Shown here: in pieces, positions 62,405-64,000 of the stretch
How positions within the stretch are numbered: the first letter of the stretch is position 1
Layout: each line of letters starts with the position of its first letter
Assembly (NCBI GenBank): GCA_023954035.1
Contig: JAMLIT010000005.1
Span: forward strand, 15,830 to 79,829
Source: Burkholderiaceae bacterium
GTDB lineage: Bacteria > Pseudomonadota > Gammaproteobacteria > Burkholderiales > Burkholderiaceae_C
Length of the DNA: 64,000 nucleotides
Direction of reading: 5' to 3'
Translations under genes and position numbers: made by a program
Notes under the pieces: model-generated
Databases searched by the model: none
Seen by the model: the letters and a program-made list of their open reading frames with translations, nothing else
What the model was told of the DNA's origin: nothing

Positions 62405-63034
62405 ATGTACCAGCCGCCGCAGTTCTGTTCTACCGACCCCCACCATGCGCGTACGCTGATACAGGCGCATCCGCTGGCCTGCTTGGTGTCAACCGACGAT
62501 GCAGGCTTTCCGGTTGTCTCGCACTTGCCTTTGCATTTGCAGGAGGACGGTGGCGTGCAAGTTCTGCTGGGCCATTGCGCGCGCGCCAATCCGCACTGGC
62601 GCTATCTGGCTGCGCGCCCTGAGGCACTGGCGACTTTTATGGGACCGAGCGCCTACCTCTCGCCATCGGTCTACCCCGATCTGGCGCGCGTGCCCAGCTG
62701 GAACTACCTGGCGGTGCACTGCCGTGTCGAGGCGCGGATCATTGATGAGGCCAATGGCAAGGACGCCTTGCTCAAGGCGCTGATTGCCCAGCACGAACCC
62801 ACGTATGCGGCCCAGTGGCGCGCGCTGGATGAGGACTACACCAGCAAGATGCTGCGTGCCATAGTGGCTTTCGAGTTGCGCGTGCTGGACCTGCAATGCA
62901 CGCTCAAGCTCAACCAGCACCGGCCCGAATCGCACGCCGCGCTGCACGCCGCCTACCGCGCGGGTGGCGCCGACGCCCAGGCGCTTGCACAATGGATGGA
63001 AACGCTGGGCATGGTGCCCGGCCACAAGGACTGA
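62405..63034 (+). CDS. PaiB family FMN-binding protein
   Basis: MYQPPQF, SHLP, GHCARANPHW, YLSPSVY, VPSWNY.AVH, KLNQ. Confidence 0.88.
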   Translation: MYQPPQFCSTDPHHARTLIQAHPLACLVSTDDAGFPVVSHLPLHLQEDGGVQVLLGHCARANPHWRYLAARPEALATFMGPSAYLSPSVYPDLARVPSWNYLAVHCRVEARIIDEANGKDALLKALIAQHEPTYAAQWRALDEDYTSKMLRAIVAFELRVLDLQCTLKLNQHRPESHAALHAAYRAGGADAQALAQWMETLGMVPGHKD

Positions 63035-63035
63035 C

Positions 63036-63267
63036 ATGCGCATAGGTCTTGGAATCGTCTCCCTGCTGGTGGTCTTGGCAGTGGTGGCGCTGCTCACGCG
63101 CAAGAGCGTGGACGCGAGGCGCATCGCCGTTCCTGCGCTGCAGAGTGCGCCCGCCGGCGCTGCCTCGGCACCAGCCACGGTGCGCGAACAAAGCCAGCAG
63201 ATTCAGCAGGACTACAAGCAGGCGCTGGACAAGGCGCTCAACCCGCCACGCCCTGAGCCGGCAGAGT

Positions 63268-63269
<2 letters not shown>
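63036..63269 (+). CDS. Small hypothetical membrane-anchored protein (77 aa)
   Basis: N-terminal TM segment then QSQQIQQDYKQALDKAL; starts 1 bp after the paiB stop. Confidence 0.7.

Positions 63270-64000
<731 letters not shown>

Overview
High-GC betaproteobacterial chromosome segment; gene content and order look like Comamonadaceae (inference). From left to right: an AT-rich glycosylation cassette (GT4 plus a TMTC-like GT-C/TPR protein) coupled to the 3' end of rpoD; dnaG; acyl-CoA synthetase; phoD; a GGDEF cyclase; the housekeeping run surE-pcm-nlpD-rluD-scpB-rluB-ndk-rlmN-pilW-rodZ-ispG-hisS-yfgM-bamB-der-hfq-hflXKC-hisZ-purA; an MlaE/MCE/lipoprotein trio with no ATPase; a DUF2868-like membrane protein paired with a DUF3482-like GTPase; hemH; a CxxC/QAPP leader ORF ahead of an OprC-like TonB-dependent copper receptor; the cbb3 oxidase cluster ccoISNOQPGH with two FNR-type boxes; and a TadA-haloalkane dehalogenase-like fusion cut off by the right edge. 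Five copies of a ~66-bp bipartite palindromic intergenic repeat are present. I saw no rRNA, tRNA, CRISPR array or transposase. All family assignments come from reading motifs by eye; no database searches were run.
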